Assembly: GCF_004010195.1 (NCBI RefSeq)
Contig: NC_057719.1
Span: forward strand, 7,605,135-7,630,445
Direction of reading: 5' to 3'
From: Chiloscyllium plagiosum
Lineage: Eukaryota
DNA length: 25,311 bases
Part shown: positions 22,509 through 25,311 of the stretch, one piece after another
Layout: each line of letters opens with the position of its first letter
Numbering within the stretch: the stretch's first letter is position 1
Translations under genes and position numbers: made by a program
The notes under the pieces: generated by a model
What the model saw: only the letters and a program-made list of their open reading frames with translations
The model's database searches: none
Told to the model about the DNA's origin: nothing

Positions 22509-23918
22509 GTACAATTTTTTAAAATACCCCAACCTAACTTTCAAACAAAAACTAAGTAGAAAAATGCATTTGTAATGAAAACCTTCCTCAGTGTTTACAT
22601 TGAATCACAGTTTACATTCTAATGATGATCTGTTCTCACAGCTTGGCAGTACCATGTGTTGACATGTTAGATGTTGGCTAACAAAACACTTACTGGCAGA
22701 ATCCTAACACATGAAATTGGTTCTCTATATTTTGACTTCGTTTTGGCGGTTGTATACTATGGTAGTAAATTACTACCATACAGCAATTCAAATTCATCTT
22801 TTGCTACTCAAGATGAATGCTAGATTGCACAATTTATTCCATTGACAGTACAATATCGCTGTAATTCTAAATTCCATTTTGTGATTATTTTAACAATATA
22901 AAAAGGTTTGAAAAGCCGCTCTTTTGCTAAAGTATACTTTAGGTTCACTGTTATTTCTCAGGTGTAAAGCACAATAGATGCCAACCATGACTTTTAATGT
23001 ACTGTAATCATAAGCTTGCATAATTGCTCTGATTTGTTTAGTGGCACTATTGTAGCTCCAGTGAGGATTGTAAATACATCACCGAACTAACAAAATCTCA
23101 CCTGTGATTTGTTCTTCCTGACTCAATGTGAAGCAACAGTAAATGTGAATGATGCATTTTTTAAAAACATGTCTTGTAATTCAGGAAGGCCTGAAATAAA
23201 ATTTCTATAATCCTGGTCTATTGGGTCTGTACTGGTTAATTGTGCAGAACAACCTTGATTAGCAGAACAAGACGGAGGGGAGGAAAACTGATCACGCTCC
23301 CTTCATGCCCCCGTTACAGGGTTCCTACTCCCTTCAGCACATTCTCGTAAGGGCCTCTCTGCGTTTGCAGGCAGTCGGCAGTGGTTTAAGGATTTGTGTT
23401 GCTGCTCCATGCAGGTGATGTCCGAACGCATTGTCCAGAGGATTAACAAGGGATCAGGCTCTTGGTCGGAGTGTCTGGCGATGATCCGTGGTCAGTGGCT
23501 TGTTGGCAAGCTGCGTTGCGAGGAAGAGCAGAAGGGGCGAACTGTTCCCGAGGTCTCCAAACCCATCACAGCCATGCCAGGCCAAATTATTGTTGCCAAG
23601 GCCAGTGTGGCCCCTGTCACCCCGACTCTTCGGAGACGTCCTGTCACAATCTCTCGGCCACATGTCTGTGATGTGTCAGTGTTTAGAGTTTCAAGTGGTG
23701 GGAAGCCAGCCAGCCACTTGAGTTCAGGATGGTTGCAGATGGTGCTCGAACATAAGACAGGGTGCCGGTGGAATTGTGACTCAGTTTGAGCGACTTCCCA
23801 CAGTGGGAAGAGCTCCATTTTAGCAAGGAAGCCAATCCGGGACTTCATACGACCTGGGTGACCTCCAGGCCGGCTAGTGACACTGAATTCAGTCTGGTCG
23901 GTGAGCAAACAGTGTGTC

Positions 23919-25311
23919 CAAACAGGGTTCCATGACAGTGAAAATAGCAGAAACAGGGTTCCTCTGACAGCGACAATAGCAGGAATAGGGTTCCCATGGT
24001 GGTAACAGTAGCAGGAACAGGGTCCAGTGGCGGTGACCGTAACTGGAACAGGGTCCAGTGGCGGTGACAGTAGCAGGAACAAGGTCCAGTGGTGCCGACT
24101 GTTGCAGGAAATAGGGCCAATGGCAGCGACTGTAGCAGGAACAGGGTCCAGTGGCGGCAGCATTATTAGGAACAGGGTCCAGTGGCGGCGACTGTAACAG
24201 GGTCCAGTGGCGGCAACATTAGCAGGAACAGGGTCCAGTGGTGGTGACTGTAGCAGGAACAGTGTCCAGTGGCGACGACTGTAGCAGGAACAGGGTCCAG
24301 TGGCAACAGCATTAGAAGGAACAGGGTCCAGTGGCTGCGACCGTAACAGGAACAGGGTCCAGTGGTGGTGACATTAGCAGGAACAAGGTCCAGTGGCTGT
24401 GACCGTAATAGGACTGTAACAGCAACAGGGTCCAGTAGCGGCGTTTGTAGCAGGAACAGGGTCCAGTGACGGCGGCAGTAGCAGGTACAGGGTCCAGTAC
24501 CGACAACTTTAAGAGGAGTAGGGTTCAGTGGTGACGACTGGAGCAGGAACAGGGTCTAGTGGTAGTGACTGTAACAGGAACAGGGTCCAGTGGCGACGAC
24601 TGTAACAGCAACAGGGTAGGTTGGTGGTGACATTCGCAGGAACAGGATCCAGTGGCTGTGACCGTAACTGGAACAGGGTCCAGTGGCAGTGACATTAGCA
24701 GGAACAGGGTCCCATGGCTGCGACCGTAACAGGAACAGGGTCCAATGGCGGTGACTGTAGCAGGGTCAGGGTCCAGTAGCAGCAATCATAACAGGAACAG
24801 GGTCCAGTGGCTGCGAATGTAACAGGAACAGGGTCTATTGGCAGTGACATTAGCAGGAACAGGGTCCAGTGGCTGCGACCATAACAGGAACAGGGTCCAA
24901 TGGCAGCGACTGTAGCAGGATCAGGGTCCAGTGGCGGCAACTGTAGCAGGAACAGGGTCCTGTGGCGACAGCATTAGTAGGATCAGGGTCCAGTGGCAGC
25001 AGCATTAGTAGGAACAGAGTCCAATGGTGGCGACTGTAGCAGGATCAGGGTCCAGTGGCGACAGCATTAGTAGGAACAGGGTCCAGTGGCGGCGACTGTA
25101 ACAGGGTCCAGTGGCGGCAGCATTAGCAGGAACAGGGTCCAGTGGCAGCAGCATTAGCAGAAACAGGATCCACTGGCAGCAGCATTAGCAGGAACATTGT
25201 CCAATGGCGGCAGCATTAGCAGGAACAGGGTCCAGTGACGGCGACTGTCGCAGGATCAGGGTCCAGTGGCAGCGACTGTAGCAGGAACAGGGTCCAGTGG
25301 CGACGACTGTA
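23919..25311. repeat. 31-bp minisatellite (consensus ~GCAGGAACAGGGTCCAGTGGCGGCGACTGTA), roughly 45 units, continuing past the window end
   Basis: Period 31 measured between acagggtcc cores (24141 to 24172; 24197 to 24228); 25-bp deletion variants; degenerate left edge. Confidence 0.97.

Noticed and set aside
22620..22760. Intronic snoRNA (ATGATGA C-box; I recall GTF2A1 hosting an H/ACA snoRNA in mammals)
   Set aside because: No nearby CTGA D-box or terminal stem, and no convincing H/ACA double hairpin; an Rfam/Infernal search would settle it.
23919..25311. CRISPR-like array, or repetitive protein ORFs (PPLDPVPAT..)
   Set aside because: The variable parts are short and related to each other rather than unique spacers; there are no cas genes; a 31-bp unit is not a multiple of 3, so the ORFs just cycle through frames.

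Overview
Vertebrate, repeat-rich intronic DNA; the HE1-type and SacSINE1-like SINEs, CR1 LINEs and Penelope-like elements (PLEs) point to a cartilaginous fish (shark). The only host coding sequence I can support is a 102-bp internal exon (22407-22508, + strand) of gtf2a1 (TFIIA alpha/beta), so the window is probably mostly gtf2a1 intron 1 plus the start of intron 2. The rest is nested CR1, other non-LTR LINE, SINE and PLE debris, a 983-nt N gap inside a young Penelope copy, an unexplained GC/CpG-richer segment and a 31-bp minisatellite running off the end. The most interesting pattern is a set of about 90-220 bp PLE-terminus insertions, several with 13-15 bp target-site duplications (TSDs). 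Their sense-arm 5' boundary repeatedly falls at the start of a minimal hammerhead ribozyme core, and three of them are fold-back palindromes hinged at that core. Family names come from recalled motifs, not from database searches.
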